Shown: one piece after another, positions 29,972-40,577 of the stretch
How positions within the stretch are numbered: the first letter of the stretch is position 1
Layout: each line of letters opens with the position of its first letter
From: Nitrosopumilaceae archaeon
GTDB taxonomy: Archaea; Thermoproteota; Nitrososphaeria; Nitrososphaerales; Nitrosopumilaceae
Length of the DNA: 64,000 bases
NCBI GenBank assembly: GCA_965214835.1
Contig: CBDCCK010000002.1
Location: 960,001 to 1,024,000 of the forward strand
Direction: 5' to 3'
The notes under the pieces: generated by a model
Seen by the model: the letters and a program-made list of their open reading frames with translations, nothing else
Told to the model about the DNA's origin: nothing
Database searches by the model: none
Made by a program: the position numbers and the translations under genes

Positions 29972-30970
29972 TCAATACTTTTTCATTTTCAATATCGTCT
30001 TGAGGTTCTCAAGACCCGTAATTACCTGCATGAAATAATTGAGATCCCTGGCGGTTCCGCCAAACGGCATGGTCAGGATGTCATGTTTATTGAGCCGTCC
30101 TATGTGATGCTCCACCTTGACGCGGATCCTGCTGACCCGCTTGCGGCGCCTCTTTTGCGTTTTGGTAAGCTCCCCGTCTCTGGGCTTCTTGGGAGGCTGC
30201 TTGTGTGTGGCGCCCGGAAGCATCTTTTGCATGCCCCCAAAGCCCAGGTCGGTATAAATTACAAACGCATTTTCCGGGTCGTCTGCGTTTCCTGCACTCT
30301 TCATTGATCTGGCGTGCCTTCCAAAGTCAGGGCCGCCTCCCGCGTTCATCATACCCTTGTCATTGACGCTGCCGTCTGCAGTCTTGCTGCAGTCCATCAT
30401 GAGGCCGCCCAGGTTCGTGGTAACCAGTGTGTTGTACATGTGCCGCTTTTTTCTTCCCGTGTACCTAGTCTCTCCTGCGGTCTTGTCCCCAGGCCTGTCT
30501 ACGGGAGTCAGGGTTCCGTCAATCAGGAGCGTCCTTTTTGGGATCAGCTTCTCATCCAGCTTGTCTGCCGGGGTCTTGCAGATGACGTCTTTTATCTTTT
30601 CGGTAGTAGGCAATACTTGGCGCAGTACCACTATACAGTACTGGAGGTACCTGGATATCGTGGACTGGTCAACGTCAAATGTTGCGGCCAGGTGCTGCTG
30701 CGTTGCGTTGGTTCTCATGCTCATGAGTACTGCAAGCAGCGCGTGTCTGATGTGCAGCTTGCACCGGTTTCCCGCATCGCTGCGGTTCATGTCGTCCTCC
30801 CAGAATATGGGCCTGTCCACGTCTGCCATGACTGTTTCTGTAAAGCGCTCCAGTATGATCTCAAATGATTCTTTTGTGCATCCCGTGACGCCGCAAAGGT
30901 GCGCCGGGTCTCTTATTATACCGTCTGCAAGCTCGATTGCGTGCATCCGCAGTGCCCGGCCGCCGCGCAC
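29972..30970 (-). CDS. DDE_Tnp_4-like transposase (N-terminal segment probably frameshifted)
   Basis: HTH (LAATFDVDQSTISR), IDGT, YTGRKKRH, TDLGF and RVKVEHHIG motifs. Confidence 0.85.
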   Translation of the reverse strand: MRGGRALRMHAIELADGIIRDPAHLCGVTGCTKESFEIILERFTETVMADVDRPIFWEDDMNRSDAGNRCKLHIRHALLAVLMSMRTNATQQHLAATFDVDQSTISRYLQYCIVVLRQVLPTTEKIKDVICKTPADKLDEKLIPKRTLLIDGTLTPVDRPGDKTAGETRYTGRKKRHMYNTLVTTNLGGLMMDCSKTADGSVNDKGMMNAGGGPDFGRHARSMKSAGNADDPENAFVIYTDLGFGGMQKMLPGATHKQPPKKPRDGELTKTQKRRRKRVSRIRVKVEHHIGRLNKHDILTMPFGGTARDLNYFMQVITGLENLKTILKMKKY

Positions 30971-31171
30971 GGTTCTTTCTGCCTTGTTTTCTTCGTACTG
31001 CCACAGCGAGTTCTCAAAGGCAAGCCGGTTCTCCAGCTGTTCTTTTTGCTTGGAGATCTGGCCTGTTTTGCTTGCACACCTGCTTGTTTTGTTCGACTAA
31101 CTGCCTGTTTTGCTCTTGTAGTGTTTGGACAAGCCTGTCATCTGAGCCCATACCATCATAGAATCACTATT

Positions 31172-31251
31172 AGACTTTATGCGTAATCGACCTGAATGTG
31201 ATGAATTTGTTCGTAATAATCCTAGTTCTGAACCGATTATGCATAAGGTCT
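31172..31251. mobile_element. MITE family D (80 bp), nested in its cognate IS
   Basis: Same TIRs as the enclosing element; 3-bp TSD ATT. Confidence 0.85.
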
Positions 31252-31371
31252 ATTGATCTTTATGGTTGTAGGCATGCAAATCATGATCTTTTATGTTGTA
31301 TTTTTAGATCAGATGGGTCGATTACGCATAATGTCTAGTGTTTAAATGCATTCGATACCACTATTGGACAC

Positions 31372-32676
31372 ATGGATGCGGCCATCGGATTTGCAGGCAA
31401 GCTAGTCGTTGCGCTTTTGTTGCCGGGACTGGCCGTCATGCCGCTTGCCACAGATGCGCTCGGCCATTCGTATCCCGGTTATGTGGCACAGCCAGTCAGC
31501 TTTGGGGGCATAAGTGCTACGGTGGGAGTGATACTTACTCCCTACGATATCACAGCAGGCCAAACAGATGATGTCAGCATGCAGGTCAGCTTTTTTGACA
31601 CGGCAACCGGCATGTATTTCGATGAGGTTGTATACAGGATTGAGATTTACCGCAGTGGTGACCTGCTGGCACGTAGTCTTTTCTATGATGCGGACGGCAC
31701 CCTTGACATAGAGATAAGGCCCGTCCTGACGTGTGACCGGCCAGACCTCTGGCAGTGTACCGAGTATTTTGGCGAGCGCCATACGGTTAGCGGGGGATTT
31801 TTTGCCAAAGACGGGGAGAGACCCGTGATTCAGGGGCCGATATTTGACAGGGGAGGGCTGTACAACATCCGGGTCACAATTGAGAGCGTGACTGACCCGG
31901 AGGGCCTGCTTGACGAACCGCCGGAATTTAATGTCTTTGCCGCCGTGGCACAGGAATATGACTTTCTCATCCAAACCGTGCAAGCACGGGAGGTTCCCAT
32001 AGTTGTAAAGACATACTATGATGATATCACGGCGTTTGACTATTCTGCAGGTGATGACTCGATTTCATTTGAAATGCCATTTGACTGGTCTCTTTACTAT
32101 GGGTATTTTGACCCCTGGTCTCTTAGCTACCACTCTCCGTTTGGGCCGGTCCACCAGGACATCGGGATCCCAAAAGACTTTGGGCCATATGCGGAGCTTC
32201 CCCTCAAAGGCTATGTCAATGGCGTAGAGGTCGACGACAGAGTCGTCCTTTTTGATCCGTATTCTCATAATGACACAAACAGAGTCATCTTTTTGGTTAC
32301 TGCCAGAGAGCTGGAAAGAATCAGCCGGGTTTTGGACCCGTCAAACAATGACCCTGGAAAAATGATCTTCAGGATCGTACCCCAAAGCAATGTCTGGCAG
32401 CCAGACGAGATTGCGATTCCGTCCTGGGTAAAGGTAAACGCGGGCCTGTGGTCAGGCGGCCAGATCGACGATTCGACGTTTGTAGACGGGATCCAATACA
32501 TGATCAGGGAGGGAATCATCACGGTCCCAGATGCCGATCTGCAGGCCGAGGCGCAGTCAGAAATCCCGTCATGGATAAGGCTCAACGCACAGCTCTGGTC
32601 GGAGGGGCACATTGACGATCAGATCTTTGCAAGAGGCCTGCAGTGGATGGCAGCCAACGGAATAATCACAGTCTAG
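31372..32676 (+). CDS. Secreted surface protein with two C-terminal IPSW repeats
   Basis: Signal peptide; IPSW.K.NA..WS.G.IDD..F..G.Q repeated twice. Confidence 0.85.
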   Translation: MDAAIGFAGKLVVALLLPGLAVMPLATDALGHSYPGYVAQPVSFGGISATVGVILTPYDITAGQTDDVSMQVSFFDTATGMYFDEVVYRIEIYRSGDLLARSLFYDADGTLDIEIRPVLTCDRPDLWQCTEYFGERHTVSGGFFAKDGERPVIQGPIFDRGGLYNIRVTIESVTDPEGLLDEPPEFNVFAAVAQEYDFLIQTVQAREVPIVVKTYYDDITAFDYSAGDDSISFEMPFDWSLYYGYFDPWSLSYHSPFGPVHQDIGIPKDFGPYAELPLKGYVNGVEVDDRVVLFDPYSHNDTNRVIFLVTARELERISRVLDPSNNDPGKMIFRIVPQSNVWQPDEIAIPSWVKVNAGLWSGGQIDDSTFVDGIQYMIREGIITVPDADLQAEAQSEIPSWIRLNAQLWSEGHIDDQIFARGLQWMAANGIITV

Positions 32677-32858
32677 GCACACTTCACGAAGGGCATAAAC
32701 GATGCCGGCTGTATTCCATAAGGCGTGTTGTGCGCATCAAGAGGATTGGCTGATCTTGTAACCGGCTAGGCCGCCTTGGTTTTCAGTCATACCCAAACCC
32801 CACTACAAATTTTATGCCTTCATTTTGCAGCAACCTGCCTCTTACAATCAGTTACCGG

Positions 32859-33176
32859 TTATTGCTTTGTTTTGTATCTTATACAGTAAATTGGTCTGGG
32901 ATCCATCTCTGATGCAGCAGGCTCCTTTTTTAAAAATTGAAAAATTTCCACTGATTCGATACTTTTTATTTTGAAGAAATGCGTATATGCACTTTTATCA
33001 ACAGTAAGAAAATCACACTCATTCTTTATACAAAAATCAGCACAATTCTCATCAAGGCTTGTCCCCTTGATATCTTTTCCAACCTCATATTTCTCCCCTG
33101 CATAGCCTCTTAGATGCTCTACATATTTTTCCTGATTCAGATATGTTATTTGCTTGTCTAACAAAACATTTCTCAA
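32859..33176 (-). CDS. Short PIN-like (DUF5615/Mut7-C-like) protein
   Basis: VLLD...DE...FLTVDK acidic pattern; AT-rich. Confidence 0.55.
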   Translation of the reverse strand: MRNVLLDKQITYLNQEKYVEHLRGYAGEKYEVGKDIKGTSLDENCADFCIKNECDFLTVDKSAYTHFFKIKSIESVEIFQFLKKEPAASEMDPRPIYCIRYKTKQ

Positions 33177-33409
33177 TAATTTTCAATTAATTCAGACCTG
33201 ATAAACGTTTAGTTTTCCATAGTCTGCCGCATAACCCTGATTTTAGACACAAAAGATCAGCCGTTTTTACGCGTTCAGGCACGGCTATGCAACAAGCTGG
33301 TTTTCAACTGTACACACTGCGGTTGCATGCGGAGCTGCAGGCACAACCTGATTTGAACTGTTTTGAATTCGGAGCCGTCTTTTGTGGCGCTTTTGGGAAG
33401 GTTGATCTC

Positions 33410-33499
33410 GCAAGAGCTTGCCCCCGAGCTATACTGCCGGCCAAGGCCTTGATCACCATGCTCCCCACGCCGTATTTTCTGGAGGGGGTAAACTCTTAC
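33410..33499. mobile_element. MITE family E, older copy
   Basis: GCAAGAGCTT/AAACTCTTAC ends; TSD TTGATCTC/CTGATCTC (7 of 8). Confidence 0.78.
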
Positions 33500-33547
33500 C
33501 TGATCTCTGGGTTTAACTTAATATTAGGAAATTCGAGACCGATCACA

Positions 33548-34294
33548 ATGGCCTTTGATAAGGGAACCCTGATTCTCGTAGACTATACTGCAATGATAAA
33601 AGACACCGGGGAGGTGTTTGAGACAACCATTGAGGATGACGCAGTAAAACATTCCATCCACGAGTCAAACACAAAGTATTTTCCAAAACTGATCTCAGTC
33701 GGCGAGTCCTGGGTCCTCAAGGGGCTTGATGAGGCGCTTGCCGAAACAAGCGTGGGCGACAGGCGATCAATCGAGGTTACACCTGACAAGGGATTTGGCC
33801 GCAGGGATGCAGGCAAAGTCAGGATGATTCCCCTGCGAAAGCTTGGGGATGACGCCGAAAAGGTCTCGGCAGGCGACATGATTGAACTGGATAACAAAAA
33901 AGGCATTGTCAGGTTTATTGGATCGGGGAGAGTTCAAATTGATTTTAATCACAGGTATGCAGGCAGGACAATCATATATGACGTAAATGTCATAAGATCC
34001 CTTGATACGGACGATGACAAAATCGGGGGCCTCATACAGCGCCATCTGCAGATAGGACATACAAGACTACAGTTTACGAATAACGCAGGCAGCCTGGACA
34101 TCACGATTCCCGACGAGGCATTCCGCAAGGACGGCCTGCAGATAATCAAGCACCTCATCCAGCTTGACATATTCAAGTTCGTCCCGTCCCTGCAAAAAAT
34201 CAACTTTATAGAGACATACGAGAACCAGGCAAGGGTGCTAGATCAACCAAAAGCCGGGGACGAAGGCCCGAACAGTTCTATGCCACCTTCGTAG
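33548..34294 (+). CDS. Long FKBP-type (SlyD-like) peptidyl-prolyl isomerase
   Basis: VDYT..GEVFETT, GLDEAL and IDFNHRYAGRTI; start reassigned to 33548. Confidence 0.92.
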   Translation: MAFDKGTLILVDYTAMIKDTGEVFETTIEDDAVKHSIHESNTKYFPKLISVGESWVLKGLDEALAETSVGDRRSIEVTPDKGFGRRDAGKVRMIPLRKLGDDAEKVSAGDMIELDNKKGIVRFIGSGRVQIDFNHRYAGRTIIYDVNVIRSLDTDDDKIGGLIQRHLQIGHTRLQFTNNAGSLDITIPDEAFRKDGLQIIKHLIQLDIFKFVPSLQKINFIETYENQARVLDQPKAGDEGPNSSMPPS

Positions 34295-35321
34295 TCTTTG
34301 CAAGATCCGTGGCAGCCTTTTCTGTCATCCTCTTCTCTCTTAGTATTGTGTACCGTTCCGGACGCAGCTGCTGCGCAGTCACCAGTGCCTCTACGACCTG
34401 CTCTCTTGTCAGCCCGATCTCCTCTGCTGATGTCGGGGCCCCGACATTCTTCAGAGTCCTGGCAATTCTCCTCCAGTCCTGCCCATGCAGCCTTGCCATC
34501 ATTATCGTGCCGATTCCACACTTCTCCCCATGAAGGCCCCTTCCGGGCGCGATTTTGTCCAATGCGTGCGAAAAAAGATGCTCCGAGCCAGAACACGGCC
34601 TGCTGCTGCCTGCAATGCAGGAGGCTACCCCCGCACTGATCAGGGCCTCGACGACGATTCTGGAATCAACGCCTTTTTTTGCAAACGTGCCAGAGTTCTC
34701 CAAAATCATGTCCGCACTCATCAGTGCCAGGCTTGCAGAATAGCGCCCATAGTATTCCCCCGTCCTCCTGTGGCCCATCTCCCAGTCCTTTACAGCCGTA
34801 ATGTTTGCAATCAGATCGCCGCAGCCGCTTGCAAGCAGCCTCTTTGGAGCCCTCCTGATTATGTCAATGTCCACAAAAACCCCGTGCGGGGACGAGGCCA
34901 CAATCGAATGCGGCTTGTCGCCCTTGATGGAGACAAACGGGCTTGAGATCCCGTCATGCGATGCGGCAGTCGGCACGCTCACAAACGGCCTTTTCAGATT
35001 AAATGCGACAATCTTTGCAACGTCCACTGCACGGCCTCCCCCGATTCCGACAACCGTATCGCTTTTGTCCTTTCTTACCTGCCCCTCTACAACCCTGATG
35101 GAATCATTCTCGTTTCTGCCGGCCAGGTGCCAGCTGGGCCTGATTTTGGATTTTTTCAGTGACTCCTCGATTTTTTTCTGGATGATTTTTTTTACATGAA
35201 CCCCCGTAACCAGCGATACCCGCCTTGAGCCGTCTAATTTCTTGAGAAATTCCCCGAAACCGGACACGTTTTTCTCCCCTATGACAATCAGGCGTGGGAG
35301 CTCCATCGTGTGTGATTTCAT
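34278..35321 (-). CDS. egsA: sn-glycerol-1-phosphate dehydrogenase
   Basis: GGGRAVDVAK, PTAASHDG and SRPCSGSEHLFSHAL motifs. Confidence 0.95.
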   Translation of the reverse strand: MKSHTMELPRLIVIGEKNVSGFGEFLKKLDGSRRVSLVTGVHVKKIIQKKIEESLKKSKIRPSWHLAGRNENDSIRVVEGQVRKDKSDTVVGIGGGRAVDVAKIVAFNLKRPFVSVPTAASHDGISSPFVSIKGDKPHSIVASSPHGVFVDIDIIRRAPKRLLASGCGDLIANITAVKDWEMGHRRTGEYYGRYSASLALMSADMILENSGTFAKKGVDSRIVVEALISAGVASCIAGSSRPCSGSEHLFSHALDKIAPGRGLHGEKCGIGTIMMARLHGQDWRRIARTLKNVGAPTSAEEIGLTREQVVEALVTAQQLRPERYTILREKRMTEKAATDLAKTTKVA

Positions 35322-35361
35322 GCGTTCATGATTTTTTGTCGCTATTTATCGTTTCAGAGGC

Positions 35362-35450
35362 GTAAGAGTTTACCCCCCAGGCGGCACTCGATTAGAACCT
35401 TCATGATCACGCCTGCCACGCCGTATCTCAGGAGAGGGACAAACTCTTAC
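35362..35450. mobile_element. MITE family E (89 bp, IS66-type ends)
   Basis: TIR GTAAGAGTTT/AAACTCTTAC; perfect 8-bp TSD TCAGAGGC. Confidence 0.88.
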
Positions 35451-35516
35451 TCAGAGGCGACAAAAAGTTATTTAAAAGGGTCTTGTACACCTGAATCATC
35501 TTCATAGGTGTAATTT

Positions 35517-36149
35517 TTGTCAAACAACGTACAAGAAAAAATACTTCACGGAACTACCACGGTAGGCATCAGGGCCAGCGACGGCGTTGTCCTGTGTGCA
35601 GACATGAGGGCCAGCGCGGGCTATTTCATTGCAAACAACAATACCATGAAAATCCAGCAGCTGGATCTGCATGCCGGCCTTACCCTTGCCGGCGGCGTCG
35701 CAGATGCCCAAAACATCACCGACATCCTGCGCTACCATGCAAACCTGCACCGCGTTCAAAAGCAAGAGCCGATTCCAATCAAGTCGCTAACCCGGCTTAC
35801 CTCCCTGATCTTCCACCAGAACAGGGGCTATCCGTTCATTGCCGATATTCTGGTTGGAGGCCATGATCTCGGCGGACCAGCACTGTTCAACATTGACATG
35901 TTTGGCTCCGTTGAGGAAAAGGCATACGTTACGACAGGCAGCGGCTCCCCCGTCGCATACGGAGTTCTTGAGGACGAATACAGGGAGGATCTCGCCGTTG
36001 AAGACGCCAAAAAAATTGCCCTCAGGGCAGTAAAGGCGGCAATTGTTAGGAACATCGGCACCGGCGATGGGATCAACGTCGCAACAATTGACAAGGATGG
36101 ATTCCGTCTTTTGACCGACGAGCAGAAAAAGGCGATAATAGAACTATAG
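35517..36149 (+). CDS. psmB: Proteasome beta subunit
   Basis: Propeptide followed by HG/TTTVG; GSGS motif. Confidence 0.95.
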   Translation: MSNNVQEKILHGTTTVGIRASDGVVLCADMRASAGYFIANNNTMKIQQLDLHAGLTLAGGVADAQNITDILRYHANLHRVQKQEPIPIKSLTRLTSLIFHQNRGYPFIADILVGGHDLGGPALFNIDMFGSVEEKAYVTTGSGSPVAYGVLEDEYREDLAVEDAKKIALRAVKAAIVRNIGTGDGINVATIDKDGFRLLTDEQKKAIIEL

Positions 36150-36153
36150 TGAT

Positions 36154-38094
36154 TTGATGCAAAAAAAACACCGTGAAAAGGAACTGCCTTCAGCCCAAAA
36201 CATAATGGCGACCATACTGCAAAGTATACCCAAGGAGGCCAGCGTAACGAAAATAGAATACGAGGGCCCCAGAATCGCACTCTATACGAACTCCCCGAGA
36301 TTTCTGATGGAGCACAACGGCGTAATCTCAAACCTGGTCAACGTGATCAAAAAGAGAATCGTAGTGCGGACGGACGAGGCGATAAGAAAGCCCGAGGAGG
36401 ATGCGCGGAAAATCATCGACAAGGAGGTTCCACCCGATGCCGGCCTGCAGGCCACGTTCTTTGATACTGCCACGGGGGAGGTCTCAATCGAGGCCAAGCG
36501 CCCCTGGCTGCTCCAGAGAAACGCAAGGGAGTTCAGCCACGTCGATGTTACAGAAAAGACCGGCTGGCGCCTGAGAATCAGAAAGGCGACGACCATCCCC
36601 TCTAGCACCATCCAGGCCATCAACTACAACCTGAAGGTCTCGTCTGCCGAGCGCGGCAAGCAGCTGCGCCAGATCGGCGATGAAATCTTCAGGCCCCGGC
36701 TCGCACATCGATCCGAGGTGTCTCTTCTGACGCTGGGCGGATTCGGGCAGGTGGGACGCTCCTGCATGCTGCTCTCCACGCCCGAAAGCAAGATCCTGAT
36801 TGACTGCGGCGTCAACCCGGGCGCACACCATGCAATGGACGCGTTTCCTAGGCTGGACTGGGCAAACATCACGCTAGATGACCTGGATGCCGTGGTTATA
36901 GGACACGCCCACCTGGATCACACCGGATTTCTTCCCACCCTGTGCAAGTACGGCTACAAGGGGCCGATCTACTGCACGGAGCCCACGCTTCCGATGATGA
37001 ATCTAATCCAGCTGGATGCCATCAAGGTCGCCACCGCACAGGGCAGGATTCCGCTATACTCCGAGCGCGACGTCAAGCAGATCATGAGGCAGGCAATCAC
37101 CCTGCCCTACGGGACCGTGACTGACATATCCCCGGACATCAAGCTGGTTCTGGCAAATGCCGGACACATACTCGGCTCGGCCCTGTGCCACTTTCACATT
37201 GGGAACGGCGATCACAACTTTGTCTATTCGGGGGACCTCAAGTTTGGGCGGAGCATTCTGTTTGAGGCTGCCAACTGGAACTTTCCAAGGGTAGAGACCC
37301 TGCTGATTGAGAGCACGTACGGTTCAAAGGAGGACATTCAGCCGACAAGGCAGGAGGTCGAGTCTGCCTTCATCAACGCGATCAATAACACGCTTGCCGA
37401 CGGGGGAAAGGTGCTCATCCCCATTCCCGCCGTGGGCCGCGCGCAGGAGATCATGATGGTGATTGATCACTATATGAAATCGGGGGAGATGGTGGAGGCC
37501 CCCGTATTCACCGAGGGAATGATCGCCGAGGCCTCTGCAATTCATGAGGCCTACCCCGAATACCTCGAGCGGGAGCTGAGAAAGAAGATCCTTGAGACCG
37601 ACGACAACCCGTTTGACTCTGAGTACTTTACAAATGTCGAGCATGCAGATGCGCGGGAAGAGCCGCTGCGCGAGGACTCCCCGTGCATAATACTGGCGAC
37701 CTCCGGCATGCTTGAGGGAGGCCCCGTCTTGGAATACTTTAAGAATATAGCACCTGACAAAAGGAACAAGATCCTGTTTGTATCCTACCAGGTAAACGGC
37801 ACCATGGGAAGGCGCGTACTGGACGGCGCGCGCCAGGTCTCGATGCTGGGAAGGGGGGGCAAGGTAGAGGCTGTGACGATCAGCTGCGGCGTGGAAAAGC
37901 TCGACGGATTCAGCGGCCACAGCGACTATAACCAGCTAATGTCGTTTGTACAAAGGCTGCGGCCCAAGCTTCGCCGCGTCCTTGTAAACCACGGCGAGAG
38001 AAGAAAGTCCGAAAACCTTGCAATGAACATACGCAGGATGTACAGGCTTCCTGCACACTATCCGCAGATTCAGGAGGCCATAAAGCTATTTTAG
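36154..38094 (+). CDS. fttA: aCPSF1 beta-CASP ribonuclease (transcription termination factor)
   Basis: KH region, HAHLDH, AGHILGS, FSGHSD and NHGE; follows psmB. Confidence 0.95.
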   Translation: MMQKKHREKELPSAQNIMATILQSIPKEASVTKIEYEGPRIALYTNSPRFLMEHNGVISNLVNVIKKRIVVRTDEAIRKPEEDARKIIDKEVPPDAGLQATFFDTATGEVSIEAKRPWLLQRNAREFSHVDVTEKTGWRLRIRKATTIPSSTIQAINYNLKVSSAERGKQLRQIGDEIFRPRLAHRSEVSLLTLGGFGQVGRSCMLLSTPESKILIDCGVNPGAHHAMDAFPRLDWANITLDDLDAVVIGHAHLDHTGFLPTLCKYGYKGPIYCTEPTLPMMNLIQLDAIKVATAQGRIPLYSERDVKQIMRQAITLPYGTVTDISPDIKLVLANAGHILGSALCHFHIGNGDHNFVYSGDLKFGRSILFEAANWNFPRVETLLIESTYGSKEDIQPTRQEVESAFINAINNTLADGGKVLIPIPAVGRAQEIMMVIDHYMKSGEMVEAPVFTEGMIAEASAIHEAYPEYLERELRKKILETDDNPFDSEYFTNVEHADAREEPLREDSPCIILATSGMLEGGPVLEYFKNIAPDKRNKILFVSYQVNGTMGRRVLDGARQVSMLGRGGKVEAVTISCGVEKLDGFSGHSDYNQLMSFVQRLRPKLRRVLVNHGERRKSENLAMNIRRMYRLPAHYPQIQEAIKLF

Positions 38095-38364
38095 CTCGTA
38101 ATCGGGCTTCCAGATTTTTACGACGGACGGGGTCACGATAATCCTCTCCTCGCCCAGCCTTGCAATCTCCGAGTCGTTGATTTTTACAACAGAGTACAGC
38201 TCCTCGACCAGCTTTCTCAGCTGATCCACGTCCTTTTGTGCAAGCGGCGTAACGCGCAGGATCAGGATCATTCCCTTTTTGATGTCCTCCGTGATTGAGT
38301 GAATGTCGCTAGAGTCCCTGATGGTTATGGCCTTTAGATACGTGGGATTTTCCTGCTTTTGCAT
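38086..38364 (-). CDS. sepF: SepF-like protein (DUF552)
   Basis: ILILRVTPL...IARLGEERIIVTPSVVKIW. Confidence 0.8.
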   Translation of the reverse strand: MQKQENPTYLKAITIRDSSDIHSITEDIKKGMILILRVTPLAQKDVDQLRKLVEELYSVVKINDSEIARLGEERIIVTPSVVKIWKPDYELK

Positions 38365-38425
38365 TAATTCTGGATTGATCTACTCCCTCAAAAACTCTTC
38401 TTTGATTTCGTGCGTAGGTTTTCCG

Positions 38426-39463
38426 CTAGTAAATTCTCATCGACAGGTATTCTGCTTCTTGGGCAGGCCTTGCAGGAATCTCGGATCTTTCTCCGCCCCT
38501 GTCGATGACGACTGCCGCCTCCTGGCCGTCTGGGGCGTCCGAGTATCTCAGCGTGATGGCAGCTGCAAGCTCCAGACTCCCATCGGCGACCCTGCCCCTG
38601 ATGATTGCAGTCGGACCCATGTGATCCCTTGCCTCCAGCAGGACGTCTTCCGGCAGCGCAAGGGAACGTATTACCATGTTCTCGTCTCGATCCCTGCCTA
38701 CGACCAGCTTTGACGACTCGTCAAACCTGAACTGCCTTCCCACCTTTAGCAGATCAATGTCATTAATCGTCGGGGTCTTGACGTGTTCAAAAAGATCCCT
38801 GGCCCTCAGTCCGAACGACGGATCGGTCAGCAGGCATCCCCCACCGGCATTTGGGGGATCCTCTATTCCATACTCTCTTGCCATCTCAAGCTGGGCCCTT
38901 CTCGTACGCCCCCTGATCATGCCGAGATCCTCCCTTTTGATCAGCCCCTCCTTTTCGGCATCGGTCGGGGGCAGCAGGCCGCCTGAGAGCGGCCTTAGGA
39001 TCTTTCCCTTCAGATCCGATTCTATCTCTATCGTGTGCAGTGCCTGGCCGTGCTGGCTCATCGGCCTCTGGCCCAGGACCTCCCCCGAGATGATAAACTC
39101 TGCGCCGATCTCCTCCATGTGCTTTTTTGCCGCATCAAACATCATGGATCTGCAGTCCACGCAGGGGTTGAACCCGGCACCCCTGCCATACTTTGGGTTC
39201 TTTAGCATCTCAATATACTCGTCACCAAGATAGACCGTCTTGAGATCGACGCCAAGATCATCTGCCCTCTGGCGTATCTCAAAGCCGCACCCCCTTCCGC
39301 AATCAAAATCACAAAACGGGGTCTTGATGGCCACCGCAGAGACCTCAAATCCCTGCTCCTGCATCATGCGCACCGCCAGCTGGCTGTCTAGCCCCCCAGA
39401 CAGCAGCGCGACTATCCTCCTTTTTTCCCGGTTTCCGGCCACGTCCATACGCGGACGCGTCAA
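38426..39463 (-). CDS. PP-loop tRNA thiolation-like protein with DUF814-type tail
   Basis: LSGGLDS, NPCVDC, GEVLGQRPMSQ and GGCLLT motifs. Confidence 0.88.
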   Translation of the reverse strand: MTRPRMDVAGNREKRRIVALLSGGLDSQLAVRMMQEQGFEVSAVAIKTPFCDFDCGRGCGFEIRQRADDLGVDLKTVYLGDEYIEMLKNPKYGRGAGFNPCVDCRSMMFDAAKKHMEEIGAEFIISGEVLGQRPMSQHGQALHTIEIESDLKGKILRPLSGGLLPPTDAEKEGLIKREDLGMIRGRTRRAQLEMAREYGIEDPPNAGGGCLLTDPSFGLRARDLFEHVKTPTINDIDLLKVGRQFRFDESSKLVVGRDRDENMVIRSLALPEDVLLEARDHMGPTAIIRGRVADGSLELAAAITLRYSDAPDGQEAAVVIDRGGERSEIPARPAQEAEYLSMRIY

Positions 39464-39512
39464 TATACATACCTTGCATCATACATAAATCCAGAAGAGT
39501 CCTGGAACGTGT

Positions 39513-40577
39513 GTGAAGCAGCGAAGAAGAAACCTCCTGAGACTCGCCCAAAAAATCGGCTGCGACGCGCTGGTGGCATTCGAGCCGGAGAACCTCTTCT
39601 ATATGACGGGATTTTGGGGCGAGGCCGTCGGCGTCCTGGAAAAGGGCGGCAGAACCACCATCATTGCCCCCGAATTGGAGGCGTGCAGGGCCAGGGACGA
39701 GTCCCGGGACTGCGATGTCGTCGCCTCCGAGCGTGGAGCGGGGCTGGTTTCCTCCGTTATATCGGGGATCAAGGGCAAAAAGGCGTGTACCGACTGCCAA
39801 AGCCACCGGATCCTCACATCGCTGAGGAGATCAGTGCCGGGGATCAGGGCAGAGACGGAGCCGTTTTACGGCGCCAGGGCCATCAAGGACGATCAGGAGA
39901 TCAGGATTCTAAAAAGGGCCTCCAAAATCATCGATGAGATCTTTGAGCTGTGCCAGGGGAGGATAAGGGCAGGCCAAAAAGAGTCGGAACTGCAGTCCAT
40001 CATGATGTCATATGCAGTCAAGCGGCAGATGTTTGACACCGGATACCGCTCAACGCTGAACCCCCTGATTGTAGCCGGGGGGCCCAACGGCGCGCTGCCG
40101 CACGCGCAGGTCACGGACAGGAAGTTCAGGAGGGGCGAGCTTGTTGTAATCGATCTGACGCTTCGCTACAAGGGATACGTCTCTGACTCGACGAGGACCT
40201 TTGCAGTGGGAAAGATTCCAGAACAGGCCCGGGACGTCTATGAGATCGTAAAAGAATCACAGAGGCTCGGGCTAAGGTCTGTAAGGCCGAGTGTCGACTG
40301 CAGGGCAGTCGACTGGGCCTGCAGGGGGTATATTGACGAGCAGAACTATGGCAGGTACTTTATCCATTCTGCAGGACACGGCATTGGCCTTGAGGTCCAC
40401 GAGCCGCCTGCCGTTTCCTGCCGCAGCCAGGCCAAGCTGAAGGAAAACATGGCCATTACCGTAGAGCCCGGAATATACATCCCGGGCAAGTTTGGGGTCC
40501 GCATCGAGGACTCGCTTATCGTAAGGGACAGGCCCGTTGTCATGCACAGGTTTACAAAGGAACTGGTCACCGTCTAG
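39513..40577 (+). CDS. Xaa-Pro aminopeptidase (M24)
   Basis: DLT..Y.SDSTRT, HSAGHGIGLEVHE, VEPG and RIED motifs. Confidence 0.93.
   Translation: MKQRRRNLLRLAQKIGCDALVAFEPENLFYMTGFWGEAVGVLEKGGRTTIIAPELEACRARDESRDCDVVASERGAGLVSSVISGIKGKKACTDCQSHRILTSLRRSVPGIRAETEPFYGARAIKDDQEIRILKRASKIIDEIFELCQGRIRAGQKESELQSIMMSYAVKRQMFDTGYRSTLNPLIVAGGPNGALPHAQVTDRKFRRGELVVIDLTLRYKGYVSDSTRTFAVGKIPEQARDVYEIVKESQRLGLRSVRPSVDCRAVDWACRGYIDEQNYGRYFIHSAGHGIGLEVHEPPAVSCRSQAKLKENMAITVEPGIYIPGKFGVRIEDSLIVRDRPVVMHRFTKELVTV

Larger units (their letters stand above)
29751..31336 (-). mobile_element. IS5-family (ISL2/DDE_Tnp_4-like) element
   Basis: TIR AGACTTTATGCGTAATCGACC / GGTCGATTACGCATAATGTCT; flanks AAT and AGT. 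Confidence 0.82.
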
